A DNA stretch of 64,000 nucleotides from an uncultured archaeon (lineage in GTDB: Archaea > Thermoproteota > Nitrososphaeria > Nitrososphaerales > Gagatemarchaeaceae). Below are positions 1-10,722 of the stretch, piece by piece (positions within the stretch are counted from its first letter, which is position 1; every line of letters starts with the position of its first letter). The stretch is taken from assembly GCA_963799775.1 (NCBI GenBank), contig CAWCYD010000003.1, positions 512,001-576,000 on the forward strand, given 5' to 3'. A program made the translations under genes and the position numbers. The notes under the pieces were generated by a model. That model had not been told where the DNA came from. It ran no database searches and was given only the letters and a program-made list of their open reading frames with translations.

Positions 1-647
1 CAGGGAGGCCGCGTCGACGCTGATGCCCCTGGCTCCGGACCTCATGACGCTCGAGACGTCGCGGGCGTTCATCCTCTTCTGGTCCTGACGATCAGGGGCC
101 TTGAGGAGATGCTGGCGAGGACCCCGAGTGTGGCGACGTCTAGGGCGCTGAAGATGTGGTTCCTGCCCTGAGGGGCCACTATCGCCGCCTCAAGGGCCGT
201 GACCCCGTCAAGCTCAGACAGGCTCTTCACCTGTTCCAGCATGTATCCGGGCCCGATGGAGATCAGCTTCTCGACCCTCGTGTCCTCCAAGACGAAGGGC
301 GGCATGTGGTGGGCGAACATGTTGACAAAGCTAAACGGCTTCGAGACGATCCTCTCCCAGTTCTCCTCGATCAAGGGCCTGGAGTCCCCGATGGAGATGC
401 CCACGGGCACGCTCGCGGTGCCCAAGATGGAGTCGATGGAGTCCTCCATGAGGTCGAAGCTCCCGAAAAGGCCGGGAAGCGAGGTGTCTGTCTTGTCTAT
501 GCCTAGCATGATTGCGTTGGCGCCCGCTTGAGCCGCAACATCCGCGTATTCGCCGTTGTTCTGGGGCAGCGAGGCTATCACAGCCACAGCATCCGCTCCG
601 GAAACCAGGCTAGCAAGTGGTCTCGGCTGATGCTCGAGGCTTTCCAT
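1..647 (-). CDS. Hypothetical protein, possibly TIM-barrel-like; runs off the window edge
   Basis: ORF 69..722 with likely ATG at 647. After a 1-nt slip near 75 the frame continues (QKRMNARDVSSVMRSGARGISVDAASL) to position 1. Confidence 0.5.
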
Positions 648-760
648 TGCTTCGCACTCATTCCGGTGACGGCCCTTAGAAGAGGCGGGCTCAACAATTG
701 AAGACAAGCCGATGCATCGCAATTAACTACGAGAGGATGCTCGATGCTAGTCGTTGAACC

Positions 761-1255
761 TCAGGGAGAATGGGATCGACTGGTTCCCAAGTGAGGGAGC
801 GGCGGTGTCAAGGGCCCCGAGAGGGTCCAAGCGAAAGCCGGTTTGTAGGTGACGTCCAATCCCGTGTCGCTCAGCTCCGCTGTGAAGGTGTAGTTGAACA
901 CGTGGTCCCCACCTGGGGCAATCAGGGCTTGCTGCGGGATGTAGCCCGCATCCATTTGCTCGCCGTTCCCATCGAGCGTGTAGGAGAGGTCGTGCAACGT
1001 GACCGCCTCGGTCCCATAGTTGTGCGCATCGAAGACGACCAGTATCACTATCAAGTAGACCGGAGCCCCCAGCGGCGTTGTCGAGACAATCGAGAGCTGC
1101 AGCCCCTTGGGCGGGGGGCGAGACGATCCATTGAGCGCGACGAAAGAACCCGCGACCACGACGGTGAGAATGACGATGACGAGGAGTGCCCCGACGAGCC
1201 TCCGAGAGACTCGGCCTCCTGTGGGCTCGCCCAGGTCAGCTGCTCGAAGTTTCAA
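761..1255 (-). CDS. Membrane-anchored LEA_2/WHy-like beta-sandwich protein
   Basis: N-terminal TM helix, then HNYG...LHDLSYTLDGNG pattern resembling LEA type 2 domains. Confidence 0.45.
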   Translation of the reverse strand: MKLRAADLGEPTGGRVSRRLVGALLVIVILTVVVAGSFVALNGSSRPPPKGLQLSIVSTTPLGAPVYLIVILVVFDAHNYGTEAVTLHDLSYTLDGNGEQMDAGYIPQQALIAPGGDHVFNYTFTAELSDTGLDVTYKPAFAWTLSGPLTPPLPHLGTSRSHSP

Positions 1256-1368
1256 GGCCCAATCTCACCCTTCTCCAGCGAGCCAGATTCGAAAGACTTG
1301 GTGCCAATATGCATTTGCAGAGCCGCTACGAGGAATAGCTGAAGAACCGGCGGGTTCGCGACCGGTCT

Positions 1369-2265
1369 CTACGAGAAGAACCAGATGTTCACGACTATGA
1401 CAATGAAGATGACGGTCAGGTACGGGCTGGACAGCTTGAAGAGAGTCCATGCAGTCTTCGTCGTCTTGTCGATGGCGAGCTTCACGCTGTAGCCCAAGAT
1501 CACGGCTCCCAAAGCGACTGCGGAGATGATGTAGAACGGGCTCGCGGCGTTGGGAACGAGGAGTATCGCCAAGGAGAAGACCACCAGGAGGGAGCTTGTG
1601 ACGGCTATGCAGACCGTGGCCACTCGCTCGCTGACCACCACTGGGAGCATGGGTATCTTGGCCGCCCTGTACTCTTCCCTCTCCTTGATCGCCAGGCTCC
1701 AGATATGGGTGGGAATCCAGACTATCACCAGCGCCGACATGAAGAGCGCAAGGGGGGTGATGGCGTCTGCGACCGCCGTGTACCCTACCAGGACGGGCAT
1801 CCCTCCGGAGATCCCGCCCAGGATGATGTTGAGCCAACTCCTTCTCTTGAGCCAGAGGGAGTAGACCCCCACGTTGTCGACCAGCCCGAAGAGCATGCAG
1901 CCGGCGGCGAGCGGGTTGAAGTAGAGGCAGAGCAGCACGGAGAGCACCGACGTCACCAGGCCGAAGATGAGGGCGTTGCGCGGCGAGACCCTGCCAGATG
2001 GGATCGGGCGGTTGTGAGTCCTCTTCAGCATGCTGTCGATGTCGCGGTCATGGTAGTTCGTCAAGACCTCTGCTCCCATCGAGCCGAGGAGGATCGCCAC
2101 TAGACCGACCGTCAAGGAGACGGCCATCGTGGCCGCCGTGGGGGCTGGGTGCACCTCCCTGAACGCGACAAGCATCCCGGCCATTCCGGTGAAGACCAGG
2201 AGCGTCACGATCTTCGGCTTGGAGAGCTCCCAGTAGAGTCTAACAAGACCTACGGCCGAGCTCAT
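1369..2265 (-). CDS. ctaB: Protoheme IX farnesyltransferase (heme o synthase)
   Basis: ELSKPKI, NYHDRDIDSMLKRTHNRPIPSG, YSLWLKRR, WIPTHIWSLA, EYRAAKIPMLP motifs; multi-TM UbiA family. Confidence 0.95.
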   Translation of the reverse strand: MSSAVGLVRLYWELSKPKIVTLLVFTGMAGMLVAFREVHPAPTAATMAVSLTVGLVAILLGSMGAEVLTNYHDRDIDSMLKRTHNRPIPSGRVSPRNALIFGLVTSVLSVLLCLYFNPLAAGCMLFGLVDNVGVYSLWLKRRSWLNIILGGISGGMPVLVGYTAVADAITPLALFMSALVIVWIPTHIWSLAIKEREEYRAAKIPMLPVVVSERVATVCIAVTSSLLVVFSLAILLVPNAASPFYIISAVALGAVILGYSVKLAIDKTTKTAWTLFKLSSPYLTVIFIVIVVNIWFFS

Positions 2266-2319
2266 CCTGAGCGCAGCGTTTTTGGCGGCGTGATAAGCCT
2301 TCCGTCTGGAGATTGACTA

Positions 2320-4772
2320 TTACCGGCCGCGACGATGGCGAAAAACGGTCACCCCTGCGACGACGATGACCGCCAAGGCGACGGTCGCGAGCAGCTCGTA
2401 GGCTTGCAGGTTCCCGAAGAGCTGAGGGCCTGGACCCGTCGTTGTCGATGTGGCGGTAGTGAGAGAGGTATGAGGTGGTTGGATGGTCAAGGAGATCACG
2501 TCGCCTGGGGTCACATCGCCACGCCCGAGAGCGCCGTGCAGCCCGGCCTCCCCCAGGACGGGGTGGTTGCTCCCCCCGCTGTCGATGAGGATGTGCATGA
2601 CCCCGTTGCTGTCCGGCGCGATGCTCATCGGAGCGAGAAGAGGCACGTTGAGGTCTATTGTGTCTATGACCTGCCCCGTCGTCGACGAGAGGAATATCAT
2701 CTTGCCGTCCGGCCACTGGGTGACGACCATCCCGCCGGTCGCAATGATGCCCCCGCGGTAGTAGATCGGCCGGGTGTAGTTCCAGAGGACGTCCCCGTTC
2801 GAGGGGTCTATCTTGAGGACGGTCGCGTTCGTCGGCATCTGGCCGGAGAAGTAGAGGTTGGTCCCGAAGACGATGCCTGACTGACCCTTGTACCCTACGT
2901 CGCCGATGTAGTCCTTCTCCATCGGTCCATCCATGACGACCACGTAGAGGTATCTGCCGTCGAAGGCGTTCTCGGACTCCATGAGATACGGAGCCTCGAT
3001 GAACCCAGGCTTCCCGGTCGAGGCAAGCTGCGCGCAGAGCGTGGCGTTCGCCACCGCGCCGCAAGACTGCGCCTCGCCCACTCCCGCGAGCGCCTGACAT
3101 TGCTCATTGGTCCCCACCGGGCAGACGAACTGGTCCATCTCGGTCAGATTGAGAGGGTTGAGCTGCCCTCGCTGGCCCTGTAGGGAGCGCCCGTCACATA
3201 GCCGTGAGGGTGCGGGTTGCTCCCTTGCATCTTCAGCGTCCCTGCGTTATACATGGCGTAGATTTTGTCCCACGTCGCCCCGTAGTTGCAGCTCGAGATG
3301 TCCTGCGGCTGGCACTCGAAGGGCCTGGAGAGGGGGGAGGTGTCCGGGCCGAGAGTGCTGTAGTCAGGCATCGTCGTGTCGAGAATCCATCTCGGCTGGC
3401 CGCTGAGAGCGTCGATCCCGTAGATGACCCCGCTCTTGCAGGCTTTGAGGACCATCTTCTCACCCTGGACCGAGGCGAATATTGTGTTCAGGTTGCAGTC
3501 CTCGTCGTTGAGTGCCCCTTGCGATGCTCTTGTCAGCCCAGACTATCGCTCCGTCGGTCATGTTCACTGCGACGATCGAGTTGGCAAGGAGGTTCGGCCC
3601 CGGACGGAGCGTTGCGTTCCAGTCGGGGCCTGGCTGCGACGTCCCGATGAAGACAAGGCCGTCTTGGTCGTCGAGCGCGTACTGGCCCCACGAGTTGCTC
3701 ATCCCGGTGCTGGGAGCGATGTCGGTCCCGTTCCAGGTGCTCGATAGCGAGGGGAATTGCCAATCGTTCTGGACAAGGTCCGGCGAGAGCGCAGAACACG
3801 GGACCCTGCGACCCAGACGTTCGCGGTTTGGCAGACGGTAGATGACCACGCGGGGTCGCTTCCATCGATAGGAGGCATGAAGAAAGTTCGCCAGAGCATG
3901 CTGCTACCCGGCGAGCAGGCGCCGCCGGCCGATGTCGTGCAGGCCCCGCCGTTGGCAATGCAACCTGGGCTCTGCCCGTCCAGCGCCGCGGAGAGGCTGC
4001 AGGCCTCCACGAAGAACCTCCCTCCGCCGCTCCCTTCAGCTGACCCTCCGGCGTAGTAGAGGATCTCGTTGTGCTTCACATCGACCTGGATCGCGCTGTC
4101 GCCGAACGAATAGTATTGTCCCCACCCGCCGTATTGGCTGTAGTCGCCCGGGATGTCGTTGCACAGGCCAGTGAGGTTCGCGCGCAACGCCCCTGTGGCG
4201 GCGTCCCAGCCCTGCACCTGGCACCCGAACCCGTTCACCCATATCACGCCGTCTGCCATGTTGACCGAGTGGAGGTGGCCGGGCGCACCGGTAGGGGCCC
4301 ATGGCTCTTTGGCGTAGGCAGCCCAATCCATCGAGGGGAGGTCTTGGGTCGTCGACGACCCGGTGGCCAAGTTGAACGCATAGACCGTCAACCCATTGGT
4401 GACCACGAAGGCGGTCCCGTTCGCTGAGAGGACCGGGGCCATCGAGCCCTCAAGATTCGTCGAGTACTGAAGGCCTGGGAAGCGGCTCTGGACCGACGGG
4501 TTGGTCGAAAGTATGCTCGGCAGCGGGAACACATACGAGGCCCCGAGACTGCTGACGCTGCTGGAGTTGATCTGCGTCTGCGGCGAGTAGTTCCACCCTT
4601 GTGTGCCCGTGACCCCCGGGCCTGTGTATTCGGTCCAATCGAGCGTCGAGTAGTTGCCTCCTGAGGTCGCTAGTTGGGCCGCGCTGGCTGAGCCGGTAGA
4701 TGCCAATGCCGTCGCGGTTGAGCTCAGGGGCACTCGAGTCAACGGAAATGCGCCGATGATGAGGATGCCCAA
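2320..4772 (-). CDS. Secreted, C-terminally anchored PQQ-dependent dehydrogenase-like beta-propeller protein (split into 4 ORFs by indels)
   Basis: Consecutive fragments 3699..4772, 3460..3849, 3144..3455, 2320..3138. Motifs NYSPQTQIN, GTSQPGPDWNATLRPGPNL, SIVAVNMTDGAIVW, KSGVIYGIDALSG, IDPSNGDVLW; C-terminal TM plus basic tail. Confidence 0.8.
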
Positions 4773-4963
4773 AAGAGAGACGGCCGCCCAAGAGGGCCTT
4801 CGAGGATTTCTCGTTTCTTCCCCTTGACGGCGAAGGCCGCGTTGGCCTTAAGAATCTATCCCGAAATCATGTCAATCCTGAGACGATTTCCATCTCTTGA
4901 GCGGGTGGCTTAGACCAATCTTTCGTAAAGCGTAAATAGGCGCTTCCTCGAAAAGGAGGCTAA

Positions 4964-5251
4964 ATGGCACTCGACAGTCCGATTGAGTTGCTTATTGTGG
5001 CGGTTGTCGTGATCGTTTTCCTATGGCAGGGGCCTCAGAAGATACCTCTGTTAGCGAGGGCACTCGGGTCTGCGAAGAAGGAGTTCAACGAGGGAGCGAA
5101 AAGCCCAGCGTCCACGAGCATGATGTCAACCCCAGACGCTCAGAACGGCGAAGACCTGATGGTGGCTGCGAGGAAGCTCGGCATCTCCACGGAAGGCAAG
5201 ACGAGGGAACAGATATCCGCCGAGATAGTCCGAAAGACCGCAGGGACCTGA
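4964..5251 (+). CDS. tatA: Twin-arginine translocase TatA
   Basis: N-terminal TM, then GPQKIPLLARALGSAKKEF amphipathic helix. Confidence 0.9.
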   Translation: MALDSPIELLIVAVVVIVFLWQGPQKIPLLARALGSAKKEFNEGAKSPASTSMMSTPDAQNGEDLMVAARKLGISTEGKTREQISAEIVRKTAGT

Positions 5252-5464
5252 TTCCACCAAACGAAGCCGGCTTGCTGTCGAAAAACGTGAATAGTAGCGT
5301 GAGCGACGTCGAATCGCACTCTGCCTCTTCAATCCTTTAAATGAACAGGGTTCACAAGCCAGACCTCGGTTGAGAAAGACGACGACCTGCTGCGGCCGTC
5401 GCACGCGCGATGACGATTCCCTGGTAGTTCGTCAGCCGATTTATCACTCGCGGGTCACACGAAG

Positions 5465-6322
5465 ATGAGCTCGGACTCGCTGAACATCATGGAGCATCTC
5501 GGCGAGCTCAAGCACAGACTGAAGATAGCCTTCCTGAGCTACCTAGCAATACTGGCCGTGTTCCTTCTCGCACCGGCAGAGCCGTCGAAGGCCCTCACTT
5601 TCACAGGGACTTACGTCCCCTTCGTGGCGTTCTTCCTCGCCAGGGTGAAGCTGGACCTGCTTCCAGCGGGATGGACGCTGATGGCCAACAACCTGAGCGA
5701 GCCGCTCGAGGTATACCTGGTCGCATCCGTGATCCTGGCAGCGGTCTTCAACAGCCCGATCTTCGCCTACGAGACGATGCGTTTCGTGTCTCCGGCGCTG
5801 ACGGAGAAGGAGAAGGGGTTGCTCTACCCGTTCGTGGCCTCCTCGACCGCCCTTTTCGTCGTCGGAGTGCTCTTCGGCTACTTCCTCCTGGCCAAGTTCC
5901 TCTTCATCGCCCTGTCGCCTTTCTTCGTCACCGCCCAAGCGACCCCGATCGTGGACGTCTCTAACTTCTACTTCGTCGTCTTCCTGACGATAGGGATGAG
6001 CGGGATAGCGTTCACGACCCCGGTCTACGTCTTCATGCTCATCCGCTTCAAGGTGTTCAGCCCTCAGACCTACAGGAAGAACAGGGTGATCATCTGGGTT
6101 GTCACCTACATCGCCACCGCGTTGATCACGCCTGACGGGGGCCCCGTCCTCGACATCATCCTCTTCTTGCCGATAATCCTCTTGCTCGAGCTCGCCGTCT
6201 GGCTAGGCGGCCGCTCTATCCGGAAGCTCGAATCCCCCTCTGACCCCGACAAGTGCAGGTATTGCGGGGCTAGTCTGGGCGGGGCCACCTTCTGCCCGAG
6301 CTGCGGTCGCTCGGCCTCCTGA
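5465..6322 (+). CDS. tatC: Twin-arginine translocase TatC with C-terminal zinc ribbon
   Basis: EHLGELKHRL, FVSPALTEKE, ALITPDG; ends CRYCG...FCPSCG. Confidence 0.92.
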   Translation: MSSDSLNIMEHLGELKHRLKIAFLSYLAILAVFLLAPAEPSKALTFTGTYVPFVAFFLARVKLDLLPAGWTLMANNLSEPLEVYLVASVILAAVFNSPIFAYETMRFVSPALTEKEKGLLYPFVASSTALFVVGVLFGYFLLAKFLFIALSPFFVTAQATPIVDVSNFYFVVFLTIGMSGIAFTTPVYVFMLIRFKVFSPQTYRKNRVIIWVVTYIATALITPDGGPVLDIILFLPIILLLELAVWLGGRSIRKLESPSDPDKCRYCGASLGGATFCPSCGRSAS

Positions 6323-6373
6323 CGGATGGGCAGAATTCCTTATACGAGACCTTCTCTCCAATCACGACAGAGA

Positions 6374-6878
6374 ATGACCGAGATTCCAGCCATCGAGAAC
6401 AGTCAGAAGCTAGCCGAGGCTGAGGGCTTTGGCGAGGTCTTCGAGCTTGTCAAGAAAGCCGTGGACCAGGTGCTAGCCATCCATCGGGCGGGCCTGACAC
6501 TGGTGCTGGGGGACATACCCAACCAGGTCGGCGCGTATCACGAGATGGGTTCGAACGCCATAGTGATGAACAGGAACCTGATGAAGATCATCTGGCAGTC
6601 GAACAAGTCGAAGAACAGGAGGAACGCATACACGTTCATGATCTTGCTCCACGAGTATCTCCACTCTCTCGGCTTCACGGACGACGGTCAGGTGAGGGAG
6701 CTCTCAAGGAAGATCACAGACGACTACGTTGGCAAGGGGCACGTCGCCGCTGAGATGGCAGTGAGCCCGCTCGACAGGTTCTTCCCGGAGATCGTCGACT
6801 TCGCGCAGTTCAGGGACAACGGGCAGCTTCGAGACCGTGCACAAGTTCGACACGTCCAGCACCTCATACATCGCCTAG
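6374..6878 (+). CDS. Conserved archaeal HExxH protein (metallopeptidase-like); frameshift near 3' end
   Basis: LLHEYLHSLG motif; removing one G near 6822 gives the C-terminus DNGSFETVHKFDTSSTSYIA*. Confidence 0.6.
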
Positions 6879-6918
6879 GGGCCCACTAGAAACCCCTCGT
6901 CAAACACGAGCCCTGAGA

Positions 6919-7567
6919 TCAGCGACGCTCGGGGCTTGTCTTTTGCGTCAGTCGGAGTGTCCTCGCCAGGAATGTTAGGGTAGCCCCTGTCCTGCGAAAC
7001 CTGAAGAAGCGGTGCACGTCGTAGGGTTTGTCGACGTCGAACCCCACCCCCTTTGAGTAGTAGACGGCGACCCGGAGCCTTCGTGCCATCGCGCTTGCAT
7101 AGTGCTTGCGGAAGCTATCATCGTCGTAATGGAGCGGGAGGCTGACGCCCCGGGTGAAGAGCAGCATGTTCGTCCCATCGAAGTCCTCCGATGGAGAGAT
7201 CACTACCTGCGCGCCCTCCCTTGCGAGCATGGGGCCTGCCTTCAGGTCCATCGACGGCCAACAAAGGCAGGTCTGCCGGGATTATCAGCTGCCTCTCGTA
7301 CTCTGCTGTCTCTTCGAGTCCCCTGTTGACCGCCGCGTTCACCCCTGCGTCATCGGGCTCGTGTATGGTCCTTGCGCCGAACCTTCGCACAAACTCCAGC
7401 ACCTCTAGGTTCGAAGACACGACGAAGGCGTGCCCGATCATCTTCGCCTTGCTCAGCGTCTGGAGGGTGTCCTCCAGCATCGCGATCTGGAGCTGTCCCC
7501 TCTGACGTTGAGTGAGAAGAGGGCCAAGACGGGCCTTGGGGTCGTGGCCCTTGACCGGGACGATCAC
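6919..7567 (-). CDS. cofC: 2-phospho-L-lactate guanylyltransferase (frameshifted near 7250)
   Basis: IVPVK..PKARL, AMLEDTL, IIPADLPLL, then DGTNMLL and FDVDKPYD in the next frame; adjacent to cofD/cofE. Confidence 0.88.
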
Positions 7568-7596
7568 GGCCGTGGAACCCCTTGGGGGAGAGACCG

Positions 7597-8536
7597 CTAT
7601 CGCACCTCCATCGCGAGCTTCGCCAGCCTCAGCTCATCGTCATGCGACTTCATTAAAGTTGAGGAGAAGCGGCAGCGGACTCCCATTCTCTCGATGGCGG
7701 CGGCTTGAGCCCTGTCCCCCTCATCGAGAATCAGCATGTTCACGAGCCCTTTGTAGAGCTCGGCGACTCCTGTCGATGTCGGTTCCAACTTCATTGCCTT
7801 CATCAGGCCTGCCGCCGGGCCTGAGAAGGGCCTGTCACCGAGCATCGGCGAGATCGCCACCTTGGTCGCCTTGCTGGCCCCCAGAGCGCTCCTCAAGCCG
7901 GGAATCGAGAGGATGGGCCTGATGCTCGTCATGGGGTTTCCCGGTGCGATGATTATCCGCTCGGCCTCTGCGATGGCCTTCAAGACCTCGCCAGTCGGCC
8001 TTGCCTTGGTTGCTCCAGCGTATCTCACTCTGAGAGGCGTCGGGAGTCCCCCGTCCCTCACCCAGAATGCCTGCAGATGAAGGTTCACCCTTCTCTCGGG
8101 TGACAACGTGTGTCTCGTAGTGGTCATCGCTCGCAGGAAGTATTTTGCAGCCTCGGACCCCCAGTCTCCTGGCCACGATTGACGTCACCTCAGTGAGGCT
8201 CCGCCCTTCTCCCAAAAGAGTCGTCCTCAGGAGATGCAGAGCGAAATCGATGTCGCCGATGTTGAACCAAGTGTCCCTCGCCCCGAGTCGTTTCAGCTGC
8301 GTGAGAGTCTTGAACTCGTCACCCTCTACTCCCCATCCCCTCGGCTGGTCCGCGATTCCCGCGAGGGTGTACGTCACGGTGTCGATGTCGGGACAGACAT
8401 ACAGCCCATGAAACCAGCCGTTGTCGGCGACGTTTACAACGGCCGAGAAGGTCGATACCTGGCTCAGGCCTCGAAGCAGCTTCGCAGATCCCGTGCCGCC
8501 CGAGATTACCACGACACCCTCCCGACTTGTTGCCAA
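7597..8536 (-). CDS. cofD: 2-phospho-L-lactate transferase (frameshifted near 8095)
   Basis: SGGTGSAKLLRGL, NVADN, GLYVCPDIDTVTYTLAG, WFNIGDID; IAPGNPMTSIRPIL and FSGPA in the second frame. Confidence 0.92.
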
Positions 8537-8545
8537 CGTCTTCTC

Positions 8546-9304
8546 TCACCTGAAGAGGTCCAGCTTGCGCTCCCGAAGCATGCTCTTTACACCAGATTCG
8601 CTCCGAGCGTATTTCACACCCCTAACGACTGCCACTGGAACGAGAGCGCTCTTCCTCATCACGAGCTCAGCAGCGGCCGCGGCCTCATCGACGATGGCTG
8701 GCCTTGTCACCCTTAGGAGGTAGCCGTAGGCGTCCTTCTTGCCTGCCATGTTCTCTGTGGGGGCGATCCCGGAACAACCTATCGCGACGTCCGTCTGTCC
8801 CTCCCTCCACGGCCGCCCAAAGGTGTCGGAGACTATCACCGCCAGTCTGCGTCCCGTGGCTCTCTCGAGCTTCTTCCTTATCCTTCGCGCGCTGAGATCG
8901 GGGTCGAGGGGCAAGAGGGCCGCGTAACCCGATTCTACGTTGGAGACGTCCACCCCAGAATTGGCGCAGACGAACCCATGTCTCGTCTCAGTGATAAGCA
9001 CCCCGTGTCCCATCCTGACGATGCGCTTTGCCTCCCGCAGGACGAGTTCGACCATCTTCGGATCCTTCCCGAGCTTCGAGGACACGGCCGTGGCCCTCCT
9101 GCCCGGCCGCACATCCTTGAGGCGAACCAGCCTCCCTTCGCTCTTCGAGACTATCTTCTGGGTGACCACGATTATGTCGTCGTCAAGGAGCTCCAGCCCT
9201 TGTGCTCGCACCGCGTCAATGATGACCCCTGCCAGTTCATCCCCTTTCTTCACCCGCCCTATCCCCTCAACAGGGAATACCGTCAGGGGAGGAGGATTGG
9301 GCAA
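8546..9304 (-). CDS. cofE: Coenzyme F420-0:L-glutamate ligase
   Basis: VTQKIVSKSEGR, GFVCANSGVDVSN, LLPLDPDLSA, SDTFGRPWREGQ; start trimmed to TTG at 9304. Confidence 0.93.
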   Translation of the reverse strand: MPNPPPLTVFPVEGIGRVKKGDELAGVIIDAVRAQGLELLDDDIIVVTQKIVSKSEGRLVRLKDVRPGRRATAVSSKLGKDPKMVELVLREAKRIVRMGHGVLITETRHGFVCANSGVDVSNVESGYAALLPLDPDLSARRIRKKLERATGRRLAVIVSDTFGRPWREGQTDVAIGCSGIAPTENMAGKKDAYGYLLRVTRPAIVDEAAAAAELVMRKSALVPVAVVRGVKYARSESGVKSMLRERKLDLFR

Positions 9305-9417
9305 GGCGGATGCGGGGCTCCTGCAGAAATTGACTGGCTTATGAAAGATGTCGCATCCGCGATAACTAGGGTTATAAGGGGCCGGCAGGTCTTGCGAGAA
9401 GAAGGGCTGTATTTCTC

Positions 9418-10496
9418 TTGGTAAGCACCGAGCAGGTGCATAGACGCCTTGAGGGTGGTCAAGGGCCAGGAGCTCAAGAGGGACGTCGTCTCTTTGGGGA
9501 TGATAGAGGGACCTTAGGGTCGACGGTGGTTCGGTGTCCTTCACGCTCAATCTCACAACCCCTGCCTGCCCTCTCCGTGCTGAGATGGAGGCGGACGTCA
9601 GGGGAGCGGTAAAGGCGATCCCCGGCGTGCAGGAGGTGAAGATGAAGACCAGCGCGCACATCTCAGCTACACGGCAAGCCGAGCAAGGTGAGCTGATGAA
9701 AGGAGTGAAGAACGTCATAGCGGTGGCCAGCGGGAAGGGAGGAGTCGGCAAGACGACGGTCGCGGTCAATCTTGCGGTCAGCCTTGCATCTTCGGGGGCG
9801 AGGGTCGGGCTCCTCGATGCCGACATCTACGGGCCGACCGTGCCAGTCATGATGGGAGTGAGAGAACGGCCTGGGGCTGTTGGCAACATGATGGTCCCCC
9901 CCGCCGCCCATGGGGTCAAAGTCATATCACTGGGCTTCTTCTACAAAGACGATACGCCTCTGGTCTGGAGAGGGCCTATGGTGGCGGGCGCCGTCAAGCA
10001 GCTCCTGACGCAAGTGGAATGGGGAGACCTTGATTATTTGATAATTGATCTTCCTCCCGGGACGGGGGACGCTTCGCTTACTCTTGCCCAGACAGTGCCC
10101 CTAGGCGGCGTGGTGATCGTGACCACCCCGCAGGAGGCGTCCCTCAACATCGCGACCAAGGCGCTGGCCATGTTCAAGAAGCTCAACGTCCCGATCCTTG
10201 GGATAGTCGAGAACATGTCATACTTCACGTGCCCGCATTGCGGGGAGAAGACCTACATCTTCTCCGAAGGCGGAGGGAAGCGCGCTGCGAGCGCTCTCGG
10301 GGTCCAGTTCCTCGGCGAGATCCCCATCTACCCGATGATCAGGGAGCAGTCCGACAAGGGCGAGCCTGTGGGCGTGGTGGCCCCCGACTCGCCGGAGAGC
10401 AAGGTCTTCAAGGACATCGCGTTCCGAGTCGCGGGAATGGTAAGCATCGTGGCTTACGAGAGCAACGTCAAATCTGATGGACGCATGGGCGATTAA
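9418..10496 (+). CDS. mrp: Mrp/NBP35 Fe-S carrier ATPase with N-terminal DUF59 domain (5' part frameshifted)
   Basis: LTTPACP, SGKGGVGKTT, DADIYGP, WRGPM, DLPPGTGD, ENMSYFTCPHCG. Confidence 0.93.
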
Positions 10497-10559
10497 ATGG
10501 CCGCCCGGATATCTAGGAAAGGGTCATGCTCTGTAACCTTGGAAGAGCAGTCAGTCCAC

Positions 10560-10697
10560 CTATGCCCTTTGTGGTGATGGACTCCGAGATAAGATGTCTC
10601 GCCGTGGCTCGGCGAGGAGCGGGAGACAGATGAAGCGATGGAGCCGGAGCGAAACCGGTCAGTCGATGCCTCCAAGTCCGGGGAACTGGACAGAGCC
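10560..10697 (+). ncRNA. Orphan TnpB omega-RNA-like sequence / decayed IS200-605 right-end remnant
   Basis: Aligns to the tnpB 3' end (26689-26899): AGATA.GATGTCT-stem-GGCTC loop, GATGAAGCGATG, terminal GACAGAGCC. Confidence 0.7.
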
Positions 10698-10722
10698 CTT
10701 ACGAGAACTCGCAGTGAAGGGT

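Noticed and set aside
9305-9826. Long N-terminal extension of CofE
   Set aside because: It is the antisense shadow of the mrp gene.
10578-10720. Moco riboswitch or RNase P RNA reading of the structured intergenic sequence
   Set aside because: It lies downstream of both flanking genes, lacks the RNase P P4 motifs, and is better explained by homology to the tnpB 3' end.
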